Part shown: positions 49,746 through 62,864 of the stretch, piece after piece
How positions within the stretch are numbered: the stretch's first letter is position 1
Layout of the letters: the number at the start of each line of letters is the position of its first letter
Position numbers and translations under genes: made by a program
Notes under the pieces: generated by a model
Seen by the model: the letters and a program-made list of their open reading frames with translations, nothing else
Databases searched by the model: none
Told to the model about the DNA's origin: nothing
Assembly: GCA_020137815.1 (NCBI GenBank)
Contig: CM035354.1
Span: 1,612,001-1,676,000 of the forward strand
Source: Hormiphora californensis
Taxonomy: Eukaryota; Animalia; Ctenophora
Direction: 5' to 3'
DNA: 64,000 nt

Positions 49746-51587
49746 GTCAGTGATCTAATCGTTGCGAGGATTTTTCACAAATTTGTATTTAGATATTTAA
49801 ATATGCTCCTATTATTACTGGTACTCATAATACCACTAGACCGGTGTACAATTGTTTACTCTAAATTTCTGTGAAAACTAGAACATATTTACTTGCTCTA
49901 AAGCAAAGTTATAGCCGTTTAAACACGTGTGGAGCAAAATTCTGCGGAGCCCCCTCTAGAGGAGATGTTTTTCATCCTTTCTCCTTGAAATTTTAGTAAA
50001 TATACAATCAAATTATTTCTAGCTATACCGTTTAAAAATTAAAAGTCAGGAACTCAAATTGTGCGGAGCACATCGATTTTTTGTAGCAAATCTTACTCTT
50101 TGGGGTTACTTAAATTTACTTTACATTTTATTCATAAACTATTAGATTCTAGAGACATTTTAGGAGCTTTTTAAGTCATTAACTTGATCAAAACATTTGC
50201 TCAAATTTGTGTGGAGCTGATTTTTCCTAGCCGATAATTTATTCCAAATTTAATCGACGGAAGATCTGCAGCTATACTTCCAAATAGAGTAATAAATCAA
50301 AAAGTAATAGGAGTAGCTTCTTGAAATAAGTCAATTAAGTTAGCAAAATGATAGTGGAGCAAGATTCTTGTGTATTTCGAAGATACTAACTCAAAATATG
50401 TGGAGCAAATACTGATTTTTTGACAAAAACTGCTCCACATCGTTTGAGTTGCGGTTTAACCGGTTCTTGATTTTGAAAATAAGCTGTACAGATAATTGGG
50501 CACCAACAATTTACCATTTTAACCACAAAAAGTTACTCAAATTGTGTGGAGGAGCCCCTAAAGGAGCCGTATTTGTATCCAGACAGTCATAAAATTCGCC
50601 CAAAACCTTATGGCATGCTCTGTTTCTGATTCTCAGAAAGGAAAATCATTGCTCCCCTGATTTTGAGTAAGGCTATAACTAATATTTGGTTAAATTATAG
50701 CTAATATTTGGTTAAATACTCAATTGGTTGTAATATAACTCGATTTGTCAAGGCCAAAGTAACTGATGGTATTCCAAGGTTTTATGTGTAACTGCTCCAC
50801 ACAATTTGAGTCCCATGATTAGGCAATATTATTTCTGTAATATTATGGTCCGATGAACGTTATCTTGATGCAAATAAAGCTTATTATGTTGATATTCAAG
50901 TAGATATTTTATACTGCGAAAATGGAGGGGGAAATCGTGATTTGCTCCACAAATTTTGAGTCATAAGATTAAATTAGTGATAAAATATGTACTGGTATGT
51001 TATTGTTACCACTTAGCATACGTTTTTAGTTTGATTGCTTGTGAATTGAACCCGCAAAGTATCGAAGTAAAAAATAATAATTTGGACCCATGAATATAAC
51101 ACCCGCTCCACACAATATGAGCATATCAGGGTACATTTTTTAGCATGGAGATTTATTTTTAACATTTATGAAAGAAGTTCTATTAATTTTAGAAGATACA
51201 ATTATGTTTATCTTACCTCAAATGGGCAATAAAAAAAGCTACCCCTTCAAGCAGCTATGGCTCCGCATATTAGGAGCAAACCTTTACTCTTCGGTAATTA
51301 CGGTTCAGTTTCATCAATTATCTAGACATTTGCATATATCCGACTGTCATACTGATAAAACTCGAAAATCCAGGGAGCATTTAGCATCTTTGCCTTTGGT
51401 CTCCACATTATTTGAGTTGAAGGTTTAAAACACATGTAGTATGCTAATTTAAACATATTTACATAAGTATACCAAATTTTAAATTAATTCAAGTAGTATA
51501 AGATGTCCTAATATGGATTTTAGGAAATTTGCAGTGAAATCAGTCATCCCTTTTTGCAAAAATCCTCGCAACGATTAGATCACTGAC
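49746..51587. mobile_element. 1.84-kb non-autonomous TIR element inserted in a 27-bp tandem repeat
   Basis: TIR GTCAGTGATCTAATCGTTGCGAGGATTTTT; flanking duplication CATGAG (or ATGA); GTGGAGC motifs in the left half and GCTCCAC in the right half; unit CCCTCACCAGGCAACTGTGTGCATGAG on both sides. Confidence 0.82.
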
Positions 51588-53370
51588 CATGAGCCCTCAC
51601 CAGGCAACTGTGTGCATGAGCCCTCACCAGGCAACTGTGTGCATGAGCCCTCACCAGGCAACTGTGTGCATGAGCCCTCACCAGGCCACTCAATAACACA
51701 AATGTACACCAGTTGGTATTCGTTTTAACAGTGATGATTTAAAACTTATAATCTATACTAACTTATTTCCATTTTATTTATTTCCGTTAGATAAGAAACT
51801 TTTCACACATACTTTCATATATTTGGAGAGTGTGTGAAAGTGTGTAAGTTATTGAACCACCTTCGGAGTCTAAGCTACTAAAAGCCTTAATGTCGACCCT
51901 ATTTTTGCCCACAAAATGGAGTATTGTATAGAATCAATAATAATAAAATCGTTTTAAACGTATCCCGTATGTGCAGGCCGCGGGGGCTAAGAGGAGGGCA
52001 CCAATCGGGATTGAGGAGCGAGCTCCAAAAGACCGGGAGGCGGGATGGGGCGCCAGCCGGCAGCCACGATTCGGCCACAAGGCACAAACAGTGTCCAGGA
52101 CCGCAATCTCGGAGGGTGTAGAGAGGAAGAGCTCCAGCGAATAGTGCGCACGACGGGGAAGGAACCCGGAAGGGGGCCCTTCAAGGGGCCGGGGTGCGAA
52201 AGGAGCTGGGGCGAAAATTTTTGAATTTTCAAAAAAGAAAAGTGTTTTTAAAAATGTTTTTTAAACTTTTTTATGAACTAGAAAACCCGTTGAAGTAGAG
52301 CGCCCGTTGACCCGAATCCCCACCCCTCACCCAGGAGCGCCCCTCTCACCCGCTGCACCAACCCGCACGTGCAGCCATCAATCACTCGCTGCGTAGTGGC
52401 TTTGGCACCTCCTTGGCAACCCCCCCCCCCCCCCCCCCCCCCACCATTTGCACGTGATGATAGGACATCATCACGCCACTCATTTGTACTTTATAATAAG
52501 GACTAGAGAGCCCAGGCAAAAGAACAAAAAACTCTCACACTCTATTGACTCCTCTCAATCCTGATCCCTGACCCATGCCTACTTTGCTCCCTACGGCGCC
52601 GCTTCGCGGCACCTCCGGTCGCGAGATCATACTTCACACCCCCTTCCCCCTGTTGACTACCCTCAGTCCTCACCCCTGATCTTATCCCTATTGACTCCCT
52701 TCGGCCCCTATTGAATCATATCGTCCCCTATTCACTCCATCTCACCCTCTATTCACTCCCCTACAACACCATAATGAATACTCCCCTCGGCCTCACCCCT
52801 GTCTCAATCTGTGATCTGAAGCAGTTCAGAACCCCTAATTTTCCCTAATTTTTCACCATTTTCGCCATAACAATAATAATAATAATTAATAATAATAATA
52901 ATTCATGACATTTAATATACCGCTTAATAGTGTTTAAAATAAATGGTTTGCTACTGATTCAATCAGATCGATGCTACACCATTTACCACTTTCTAAAGCG
53001 GTCCAAGAAAGGGCCAGTGGTAAAGGAGAGCCAATAACATATTTTTAACGCTCAGTCAAGATAACATTAAGATAATATGTATTAGTAAGAGAATATGCTA
53101 TGATGATTATTTATAAATTAAGTAAATAAATTAATTTGATTGATAGAATTCGATTAAAAAGAGTGCAATCATATTTATTAATTGAATAAGTAATAAAGAC
53201 ATAATATAATACTATTCATATTAAGAGAGATAAGTTAATTGTTATAGACTATTATTAAGTATAGGTGAGTAAGTGAATGTGTTGGTGAGTGATGGACATG
53301 TATGGGTAGTGGAGATGTGGGTGTTGGTATAGAACTGAGGTAAGTACGATTTAATGTATCATATAAAATA

Positions 53371-54246
53371 CCGTGTGCGGCAAAAAAAAAGCCCCCCCTA
53401 GACCACCATAGTTGCCGATGTGGTGGAGAGCTGTAACTTGGCAGGGTTGCTCCACTATGTCTATCTTGATCCTGACAGAAAAATCAGAGCTCTAGCTCAA
53501 AATTCATTTTCATGAACGGAATGAACATTGTCATTCATTCCAGGAAAAAATATTTTCCGGTCCAAAATTTAACTAATTATGTTTGGCTATCGATTTGCTT
53601 TCCAATGTGACCAAGATCAGCTAAATTGGACAACCACAAGAGACACAGTGTCATGTTGCTTTAAGTTAGTCAGGTCATGTGATCTTCACCGAATCGTTGA
53701 GTTTCCGGGATTGCTAATCGGGCCAATGGGCAAAGGAATCTCGTATCATGGCCGCTAATTGGGTATGTGTACCAATACAGGGTGATGTGATTCGAGGAAA
53801 GAGTACATTTATCAAAGAGCTACAGATCTGATGACCAATCAGCATCGTCATCCCTCATTAGCAGATGTGATACGTGATTCTCTACCACTTAGACCAATTC
53901 GTAATACTGAACACGATCAACGATTCAGTGAAGATCACATGACCTGACTAACTTTAAGAAACATGACACTGTGTCTCTTGTGGTTGTCCAATTTAGCTGA
54001 TCTTGGTCACATTGGAAAGCTAATCGATAGCCAAACATAATTGGTTAAATTTTGAACCGGAAAATATTTTTTCCTGGAATGAATGACAATGTTCATTCCG
54101 TTCATGAAAATGAATTTTGAGCTAGAGCTCTGATTTTTCTGTCAGGATCAAGATAGACATAGTGGAGCAACCCTGCCAAGTTACAGCTCTCCACCACATC
54201 GGCAACTATGGTGGTCTAGGGGGGGCTTTTTTTTTGCCGCACACGG
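53371..54246. mobile_element. MITE with ~330-bp TIRs and TA TSD
   Basis: TA|CCGTGTGCGGC...GCCGCACACGG|TA. Confidence 0.88.
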
Positions 54247-54511
54247 TATATAATCTGTATATATAATATAAAAAAAAAAATACGTGCACATTGTTACAGA
54301 AACAGTATACAGAATCAATACATGAGTCATGCATAGAAACAGCATACAGTAGTAAACAGTTTACAGGGAGAACAGTTTACATGGATAACAGTGTACAAGA
54401 GTGATAAAAATATTAGTGATAGTAAAAAAAAACAGTTAATAATTAAAATTCAGATGTTCACTGACCCTGGTAGTGATCACTGTATAAAATATCACCGATA
54501 ATGAGAGACAC

Positions 54512-56083
54512 TTAGCAATAAGCTTTCTTAAAGAGGTAAGTTTTAAGTTGCTGTTTAAACACATCGACAGATTCACTTTCTCGCAGGATTTTCGGCAACT
54601 CATTCCACAATTTAGGTGCACTAATACTAAAGGCTCTACTAGTGGATGTGTACTTGTGTGTGTATGGTTTGTGGAGGAGTGTGCTATCCTCGTCTGCCCT
54701 GACTGCCTTGACCTTTGGCTTCCGGAGGGGGATGAGGTTGGAGATGTAGGGGGGAGCCATTCCATTGATGGATTTGTATGTTAGTAAGCAGATTTTGAAG
54801 ATGATTCTGCTTTTGATCGGAAGGAAGTGTAGGTCTTTCCGCATCTGGGTCACTCCTCTCCTCTTTCTTGTTCCATAGACGAACCGTACAGCACTGTTTT
54901 GGACCTTTTGGAGGCGGTTTAAGTCAGATTCTGTGGCACCATAGAGTAGGGCATTTCCATAGTCTAGGCGAGAGTGTATTAACGAATGCACTAGCTTGAT
55001 TTTCAGTTGCCTGGGAAGTTTTCTAGCTATCCTCCACAGATTCAGAAGTTGCATATTACATGCTTGGACAATTTTCGAGATATGGCTTGCCATTGAGAGG
55101 GTGGGATCGAGCCAAATACCGAGATTACGGGCACTTGTCGTTGATTCGATTTCCGTAGACTGTACAATTGGACTTTCGTCTTTTTCAATCACTAATCCAG
55201 TTGGCCCAGGAGTGCGGTCGGCTTTGTGGTTGAGTATCAGAATTTCCGTTTTACTGGCATTTAGCTTGAGGTAGTTTTGCTTCATCCATTGCTTGATGTC
55301 ACTGATACAATTTTGTAATTTATCCACAACAAAGTCAAAGGTTTCCGGCCTAAAACTAGTATAGATCTGGGTGTCGTCAGCGAAGAGGTGAATGTTAAGA
55401 CCATGCTTTTCCGCAATCGACTGGAGCTCTTTGGTATACATAATGAAGAGAATAGGCCCTAGGATGCTACCCTGCGGCACACCAATATCCACCTCTATCG
55501 ATCTTGATCGTGCATCTCCAATTTGTACCGAGGTGGACCGACCTGTGAGATATGATTTGAACCAGGCGAGAGCAGTATCTTCTATTCCGTAGTCCGTCCG
55601 CATCTTCTTTAGTAGTTTGCTGTGTTGAACTGTGTCAAATGCTGCAGATAGGTCCAGCAGTAGTAGCACAGCCTTTGACTTCTTATCAAGCAGTAGCAGA
55701 AGATCGTTAACAACTTTTAGTGTTGCAGTCTCACAACTATGGTGTTTGCGGTAAGCAGATTGAACTCCCGATAGCAACTGATGGCTCTCTAAATGCTCGG
55801 TCAACTGTAAAGATACACATTTCTCAATGATCTTTGACACAAATGGTAGATTACTGATCGGGCGGTAGCTGCCAAGATCTTCAGGGTCAAGACCTTTTCC
55901 TTTGTATGCCGGCCTGATGACTGCTTCTTTGAACTTGGTAGGGAAAATTCCTGTCTTTAGACTGTCGTTGATGATTTTGGAGATAGCCGGAAGAAGCTCA
56001 ATAAGAACAGAAGATACCATTGTGGATGGCATCGGGTCAAGAGAACAAGACTTTTTCTGCATTCCACGGATAATTTTGAGCAA
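54512..56083 (-). CDS. LINE reverse transcriptase (L2/CR1 group), N-terminally truncated
   Basis: SCSLDP, YRPISNLPFVSKIIEK, QSAYRKHHSCETA, LLDLSAAFDTV, GVPQGSILGP, FADDTQIY, SRLDYGN, APKLWNELP. Confidence 0.9.
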   Translation of the reverse strand: MLKIIRGMQKKSCSLDPMPSTMVSSVLIELLPAISKIINDSLKTGIFPTKFKEAVIRPAYKGKGLDPEDLGSYRPISNLPFVSKIIEKCVSLQLTEHLESHQLLSGVQSAYRKHHSCETATLKVVNDLLLLLDKKSKAVLLLLDLSAAFDTVQHSKLLKKMRTDYGIEDTALAWFKSYLTGRSTSVQIGDARSRSIEVDIGVPQGSILGPILFIMYTKELQSIAEKHGLNIHLFADDTQIYTSFRPETFDFVVDKLQNCISDIKQWMKQNYLKLNASKTEILILNHKADRTPGPTGLVIEKDESPIVQSTEIESTTSARNLGIWLDPTLSMASHISKIVQACNMQLLNLWRIARKLPRQLKIKLVHSLIHSRLDYGNALLYGATESDLNRLQKVQNSAVRFVYGTRKRRGVTQMRKDLHFLPIKSRIIFKICLLTYKSINGMAPPYISNLIPLRKPKVKAVRADEDSTLLHKPYTHKYTSTSRAFSISAPKLWNELPKILRESESVDVFKQQLKTYLFKKAYC

Positions 56084-56555
56084 ATCTTCATCAGTGACTG
56101 GCTGAAAGCATATTAGTTTGGGAGGTGATGTAGCACGGCTAGGGATATCAGGAGCAGGAGCAGGAGGGCTAGGGATAACAGGAACAGGAGGTCCAGGGAG
56201 AGCAGGAGCAGGAGGGCTCCGTCATTTCGCAACCAATTTTAAAAATCTTGGGCTCATTAGAAAGATAATCTCAAGCTCTTTCCAAAGAGTTATTATCCCC
56301 CAAATTTATAAAACCTTTACACCCGCACGTGCACGCCCCAAGCCCCACCAACCATCCCTAACAACACGTCAATTTTCCACGTGCAAGCCCTAAAACCCCC
56401 CTCCCCAAATTTTGTCTTGCAAGGTTCTCTGCTTTATAATATAGATTCGCGCGCAATTTTCGTTGAATGTACGCTGCAGAGTAGTGCCGCGCGCCGGTCT
56501 GGAATTTAAATATCCAAAAAAACAACACGAACCAAACTTTACTTTCACTTGTAAA

Positions 56556-57056
56556 CCCCGTTCGAAAATTCAAAATTTGCCAACCAATTGGAAAGAAATG
56601 TCTCCCAGGATGCTGATTTTTTTAACGAGAATGCTGATTTTTACAATTCAAAAATTTCATCTACATATTATGTGCTGAAAATTCTGCTGAAAATAAAGGT
56701 GGTGCAGTGAATGTGAAAGACTGAAGAGTGAGAGAGAGAGATATCTGGGGATATTATGTGCTGGTTGTGTGTGACAGAGAGACAGAATATGCTGGAGAAT
56801 GTTCCAGTTTTGCGTAATGCACCGACAACAGTTTTCAGCACGATTTTCAGCAGATTGGTTGAAATGGTCAGTTTTCAGCACGATTTTCAGCAGATTGGTT
56901 GAACTGGTCGCGCTGAAAAAGAGAGAGAGAGCCAATTCAATTGCAATGGTAATGTATGAATCTCTCTAATCTCCCCCTTTCCCCCTCTAGACTGTTGTCG
57001 GTGCACTACGCACAACTGGCGCCAACCAACACATATTCTCCATCTCCCTCCCCTCT

Positions 57057-57133
<77 letters not shown>

Positions 57134-57300
57134 CACACTGCTGCAGTACTGCAAGAATAAGAATCTCTCTGCATGTGTATCTGATATGATTGAGAGGAAT
57201 TTTCAGCACATTGGCGGACTAAAATGCTGAAAATTCTGCTTATTTTAGATCAGGATGCTGCCAGTTTAATACTATAGATAGGACCAAAATTCGATCGGGG
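56556..57300. mobile_element. 745-bp non-autonomous element (CCCCG...CGGGG termini, 8-bp TSD) carrying (CT)n; copy 1
   Basis: TSD CTTGTAAA (56548-56555, 57301-57308); near-identical to 61722-62484. Confidence 0.88.
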
Positions 57301-57304
57301 CTTG

Positions 57305-57683
57305 TAAAGTCCATTTTTTTTCAACTGTTCACCCAAAAACTGAAATTTAATAAAAATTGGAATTTGGGTGGCGCGCGCTACACGTTAACATGTGATAAAC
57401 GCGCAAAACAATTCCGCGCACGACTTTGGGGGGTGAACAGTTGAAAAAAAATGGAGTATAAAGTCGGATTTTTTGAAACTGTCACCCCCTGGAGTTTTCA
57501 AATTTCTTTAAATGACCATAAGTCCGGTTCCTGATGAGATAGAGACTTGAAATTTGGAGGTTACAAAGATCTTGCTAAGTTCTTCCGAACCTCCAAATTT
57601 CAAGTCGCTATCTTATCAGGAACCGGAGATATGACAAATTTTGTTATTTCAGGGGGGTGACAGTTTCAAAAAATCTGAGTATA
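57305..57683. mobile_element. Two adjacent short MITEs (~57305-57460 and ~57459-57683)
   Basis: Inverted termini similar to those at 29875-30025 and 2413-2563. Confidence 0.6.
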
Positions 57684-57696
57684 CCAGGAGTGGTGG

Positions 57697-58098
57697 ATAA
57701 GGAACCATAATAAAGTTCAAGAGCCTCCAAGAGCGCACCCCATCCAAGAGAGACCAAAATCAAGAGCGCACCACAACCAAGAGAGACCAAAATCAAGAGC
57801 ACACCACAATCAAGAGAGACCAAAATCAAGAGCACACCACAATCAAGAGTGCACCACAATCAAGAGAGCTCCCTATCCAGATGTGGTGCGCTCTTGAATT
57901 TGGTCTCTCTTGATTGTGGTGCGCTCTTGATTTGGTCTCTCTTGATTGTGGTGTGCTCTTGATTTTGGTCTCTCTTGATTGTGGTGTGCTCTTCACTCTT
58001 GATTTTGGTCTCTCTTGATTGTGGTGCGCTCTTGATTTTGGTCTCTCTTGGATGGGGTGCGCTCTTGGAGGCTCTTGAACTTTATTATGGTTCCTTAT
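57697..58098. mobile_element. Foldback element whose arms are built from ~30-bp tandem units
   Basis: ATAAGGAACCATAATAAAGTTCAAGAGCC... and exact reverse complement; internal CAAGAGAGACCAAAATCAAGAGCACACCACAAT units. Confidence 0.85.
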
Positions 58099-58274
58099 TA
58101 GTCTCCGGGGTCATCGTGGCCAGAGCCCGAAGAGTTTTAGTGATCGCAATGACATTAACATTTTATACATGATTAAAAACAATAACCAGAATTAATTTAT
58201 TATACCCAATTTATGTACAGATAAGATTGATTTCTATATCCATTTTACTAATTGAACCGGTACCCCGGCTTTCG
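58097..58274 (+). mobile_element. 3'-terminal fragment of the same CRE-like retrotransposon
   Basis: Apparently identical to 5874-6051, ending ...GAACCGGTACCCCGGCTTTCG. Confidence 0.92.
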
Positions 58275-59307
58275 CAAAAAGAAGCCACTCTTGCTGTGTC
58301 CCTCTCCCATATTCTCCGTGTGCCAACACAACACTATAATGGTACACCCGCACAGTCGTGTTCCTTTTATATCTCGTTCTTTCACTTCGCGAACCGTCTT
58401 TGAAAAGCGCTGCCTTATCCCGGGGGCCAGCAACGTTTGCCAAGAACCGTCTGCGTTCTGAAGCCGTTTCCTAGCTATGATCTGGGTGTTTAAAGGCTTT
58501 TTTACAGGCATGTTCACAGATGCACACTGCCAAAAAGTATACTGCACTAAAATGGTTCGAACCACCAAAACACTCCACCATTTTTGGCTAATTCAAAGTT
58601 TATCCGATAGGAATTCTCAAGCCCTAACTCCAACCGAAACCCCAGCCCTAACCCTAACCCTACTTTAGCCCTAACCCTAAAAACCGTGAGTGCTGACACT
58701 TAAAACACGCCGATTATAACGTTTCCCTCTGCGTTTTAAGTTTTGACTTTTGACGGTGAAGCATCTGGCCTCCGTGCTTCAATGATCAGTCATCAGCTTA
58801 CCAAGCTTGTGTTGCGTTGACTGCTGTTGCCTCAGAGATGCTTTAAGTCAATCCGCCGTAATAAAGTCTAAATTTAATTCGCGTGAGAATTGTGGGCTGC
58901 GTTCAGTTCTACAGTGACCTCGTGCATGTCACTAGTTTGCCTTGTTCGACCCTCCTTCCCCGCGCCTCGTCAGTCACTGTCTGTTGAATCTCAACTTCAT
59001 ATATTACTTCCTAGGGTAACATGGTATAAAACTGTTGATTGAGCCGCCACAGGCTCCTTCCAGAAACAAAAATGAGTGATTTCGGACAGCCAAAAATGCG
59101 GAATAAGAAGACGCGTAGGACACGTGTCATTAAACGTGAAATGTATTCTCGCCGTGACTTCAAAGGTTCGATTCTACCATATGCTTTTCTCTCTCTCACT
59201 ATCTATATCTTGCTCTACCTCTCACTCTACCTCGTTCTCTTCTTCTCTCTTCTCTCTTCTTCTCTCTTGTAACTTGTTCTCTCTCTCTCTTGTTCTCTCT
59301 CACCCAG

Positions 59308-60723
59308 CCTGTAACCCATGGTAACACCTCAGATTTTAAAAACGGCGAAGAGATATACGAGACTATTACAAAACTGATAGGTAAGTTTGTAACATGATGA
59401 TGTGACAGCACATCATTGTAACATGATGATGTGACAGCACATGTCAGCTCTACCAGATTTTATAAATTTTACGAATCTTTTTTCAGATGAGGAGGAGATC
59501 GAGGCGGGAAAGAGACAGGGAATTTACTGCACAGTGTACAAACACCTACAGGGAAATGCTCGCACTTCTATGAGTAAATAAACACCGTAATTATTAGTAT
59601 TAATTAAACCCTAAATTATTATTAGGTAGACATGTTGTGTCACACCATCTCTAAATAGTGTGCATCTCAGTGTGCATCTATTTTGGTGTTTGATGTTTAT
59701 CTTTAACCCATCCACCCAGTACACGACATGACGCCTCACTTAACCCACCCCCCCCCCCCCCACCCAGTACACGACATGACGCCTGATTTAACTGGCTCTG
59801 TCGAGCTTGGCACCAAAGAAAGGTTGGCAGTCCTTCTTTCAATATCACGACGTGATGTCGACAAGTTGGTCAGGAACTCAACACAGGAGCTGAAAATAGA
59901 CGTTCTGGTTGAACTGAGTGAGGGGGATACGACACTGACGAGGTGAGATGTAGTAGGGGGAGGGGGCCGTGGGGGGGCTGAAGATAGACGTCCTGGTGGA
60001 ACTGAGTGAGGGGGATACTACCCTGACTAGGTAACGTGGTAGTAGGGGAAGTAACGTGGTAGTAGGGGGAGGGGAAGTAACATGGCAGTAGGGGGAGGGG
60101 AGGGGAAGTAACATTGTAGTAGATGGAGTAGTACATCATCCTAACCCTATTAGATCATACAAAATCATATGCTATGAATTATGATATAGTAGTATTATAA
60201 TAGGGCCCCATGTACACATGTTATGATCCCATGTACACATGTTATGATCATGATGTTATAATGTGTATAGGAACTTTAGAGTGAAACTAAATGCCACCTG
60301 GAGTGTAGTATTTCATACTAGTTCCTCTCCTCATATTTCACACACACACATGATACAGGAAAGGGGAGGTATTTTTCGATGCCCCCCATGTGAGAGAGAG
60401 AGAAGAGAGAGAAGACAATATTCAATCTCATTCCGAACAGTATATTTTCATGACTTCTCATACCCTCTATCTCTCTATCTCTCCTCCCAACCCCACTTCT
60501 CATATAATACCCTCTATCTATCTACCTCTCAACCCAGGTTTCCAGTCCGGTACTACACCACTACTCATACCCTCTATCTCTCGCTCTATCTCTCTATCTC
60601 TCAGGTTTCCTGTCCGGTACTACACGACTACTGAAGATGTGATTGGGTATGTACTGAAGGATAAAGGTGTTGCAGATTCGGCATTGGATTATCAACTAAC
60701 TGTTATTAAACAACCATTCAAAG
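59308..60723 (+). CDS. Putative exons of an uncharacterised gene, possibly with a Ras-association (ubiquitin-fold) domain; structure incomplete
   Basis: AG/GT-bounded segments near 59308-59380, 59488-59573, ~59790-59943 and 60605-60723 (FPVRYYTTTEDVIGYVLKDKGVADSALDYQL). Confidence 0.35.
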
Positions 60724-61238
60724 GTAAAACACTAATTGATAAACTACACTTGGTAAACACTTGGGGACATGCATTTCTCTCCAAATGTATTCTACATTTT
60801 CGGGTTGTTTCTAGCTGAAATACTGACAGTGTTCCTCGCTTCTAGTGTAGCTGGGATTTGTTGAAAATAGAAAAGATGGTGTTCATTGTTTATTGTCACT
60901 CGATCAATACATGTTCTATAGGAAGTTAATAGACACACACATGGCTCCACTGGCCCCTCCCAGCTACTATAGGGAATGGAATGTGTCTCATTAATTTCCA
61001 CATAGTAGTATGATCATATTATTATTAGGACACACTCTGTGATGATGTCACTATTGCCCACTGAGTCACTACATCACTATTGACTTCGTCATGTCCTCAT
61101 TTAATGATATCACGGGGTGTGTTAGTATGGTATGTGAGATATAAAGCAAACAATAACTTCTTAGTGTGAAATATACCCCAGTAGATTGCTGTAATGTTTC
61201 TCTATTACTATACTCCCTTCTCTCTCTTCCCCCCTTCT

Positions 61239-61321
<83 letters not shown>

Positions 61322-61721
61322 ACCGAAATACTATACTCCCTTCTCTCTCTTCCTCCCTTCTATCTCTCTATAATACTACACCGGCATTTCTTCTCTATAT
61401 CTTCATTACACACCAGGATTATATATAGAGTATCTAGCATCCCTTTATTGGCTAGACTGGGGTGACATATAACTAAGGGTAAAATAAAATGCAGTATGTG
61501 AAATGCATTCTGATTATTATTAGTCGCGGATAATTCAGGGGGGGGGCTATCATTTATCAAGTATCGGGTAACTGCTGCTGCAGCTACATAGCGGTTGGAG
61601 TGGAATGGAGAGAGAGTGAGAGTGAGAGGGGGAGATAAGTTTCATTACTCTATCTTGGCTCATTTCCAATGAACTGGACTCTGAAGGGATCCTTTTTACT
61701 GGAGGGACCTTTACTGGGAGG

Positions 61722-62230
61722 CCCCGTTCGAAAATTCAAAATTTGCCAACCAATTGGAAAGAAATGTCTCCCAGGATGCTGATTTTTTTAACGAGAATGC
61801 TGATTTTTACAATTCAAAAATTTCATCTACATATTATGTGCTGAAAATTCTGCTGAAAATAAAGGTGGTGCAGTGAATGTGAAAGACTGAAGAGTGAGAG
61901 AGAGAGATATCTGGGGATATTATGTGCTGGTTGTGTGTGACAGAGAGACAGAATATATGCTGGAGAATGTTCCAGTTTTGCGTAATGCACCGACAACAGT
62001 TTTCAGCACGATTTTCAGCAGATTGGTTGAAATGGTCAGTTTTCAGCACGATTTTCAGCAGATTGGTTGAACTGGTCGCGCTGAAAAAGAGAGAGAGAGC
62101 CAATTCAATTGCAATGGTAATGTATGAATCTCTCTAATCTCCCCCTTTCCCCCTCTAGACTGTTGTCGGTGCACTACGCACAACTGGCGCCAACCAACAC
62201 ATATTCTCCATCTCCCTCCCCTCTCCCCCC

Positions 62231-62317
<87 letters not shown>

Positions 62318-62484
62318 CACACTGCTGCAGTACTGCAAGAATAAGAATCTCTCTGCATGTGTATCTGATATGATTGAGAGGAATTTTCAGCACATTGGCG
62401 GACTAAAATGCTGAAAATTCTGCTTATTTTAGATCAGGATGCTGCCAGTTTAATACTATAGATAGGACCAAAATTCGATCGGGG
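61722..62484. mobile_element. Copy 2 of the CCCCG-terminal, (CT)n-bearing element
   Basis: TSD CTGGGAGG (61714-61721, 62485-62492). Confidence 0.88.
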
Positions 62485-62730
62485 CTGGGAGGTTCTTCCA
62501 GGATTTCATACTTCGAATGGAAACGGTTTTTGGGATTTTGTCACTTTCAAAAAAGAAACCATCTCAATGAAAAATCATACTTTTTTATTTGATCTAACGA
62601 TGCACAACAGTACAATTATTCTTTAGGCGGGAATATGTAGATTACTGGACACATATCCAGCAGCGGGCGTACCTTCAGACAGTCTTCAGTGTTGTCAACA
62701 GCTTTGCAACAAACTTAGCAGAACGATAGG

Positions 62731-62784
<54 letters not shown>

Positions 62785-62792
62785 GAGATAGA

Positions 62793-62864
<72 letters not shown>

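Larger units (their letters stand above)
52870..56117 (-). mobile_element. 5'-truncated L2-like LINE with open RT ORF, long AT-rich 3' UTR and (ATT)n tail
   Basis: ORF 54512-56083; minus-strand 3' end ...GCGGTATATTAAATG..(ATT)n at ~52870-52925; UTR interrupted by MITE 53371-54246. Confidence 0.75.

Noticed and set aside
58645-58682. CCCTAA-like units as a telomere or interstitial telomere
   Set aside because: Only a few imperfect units; too short to support.
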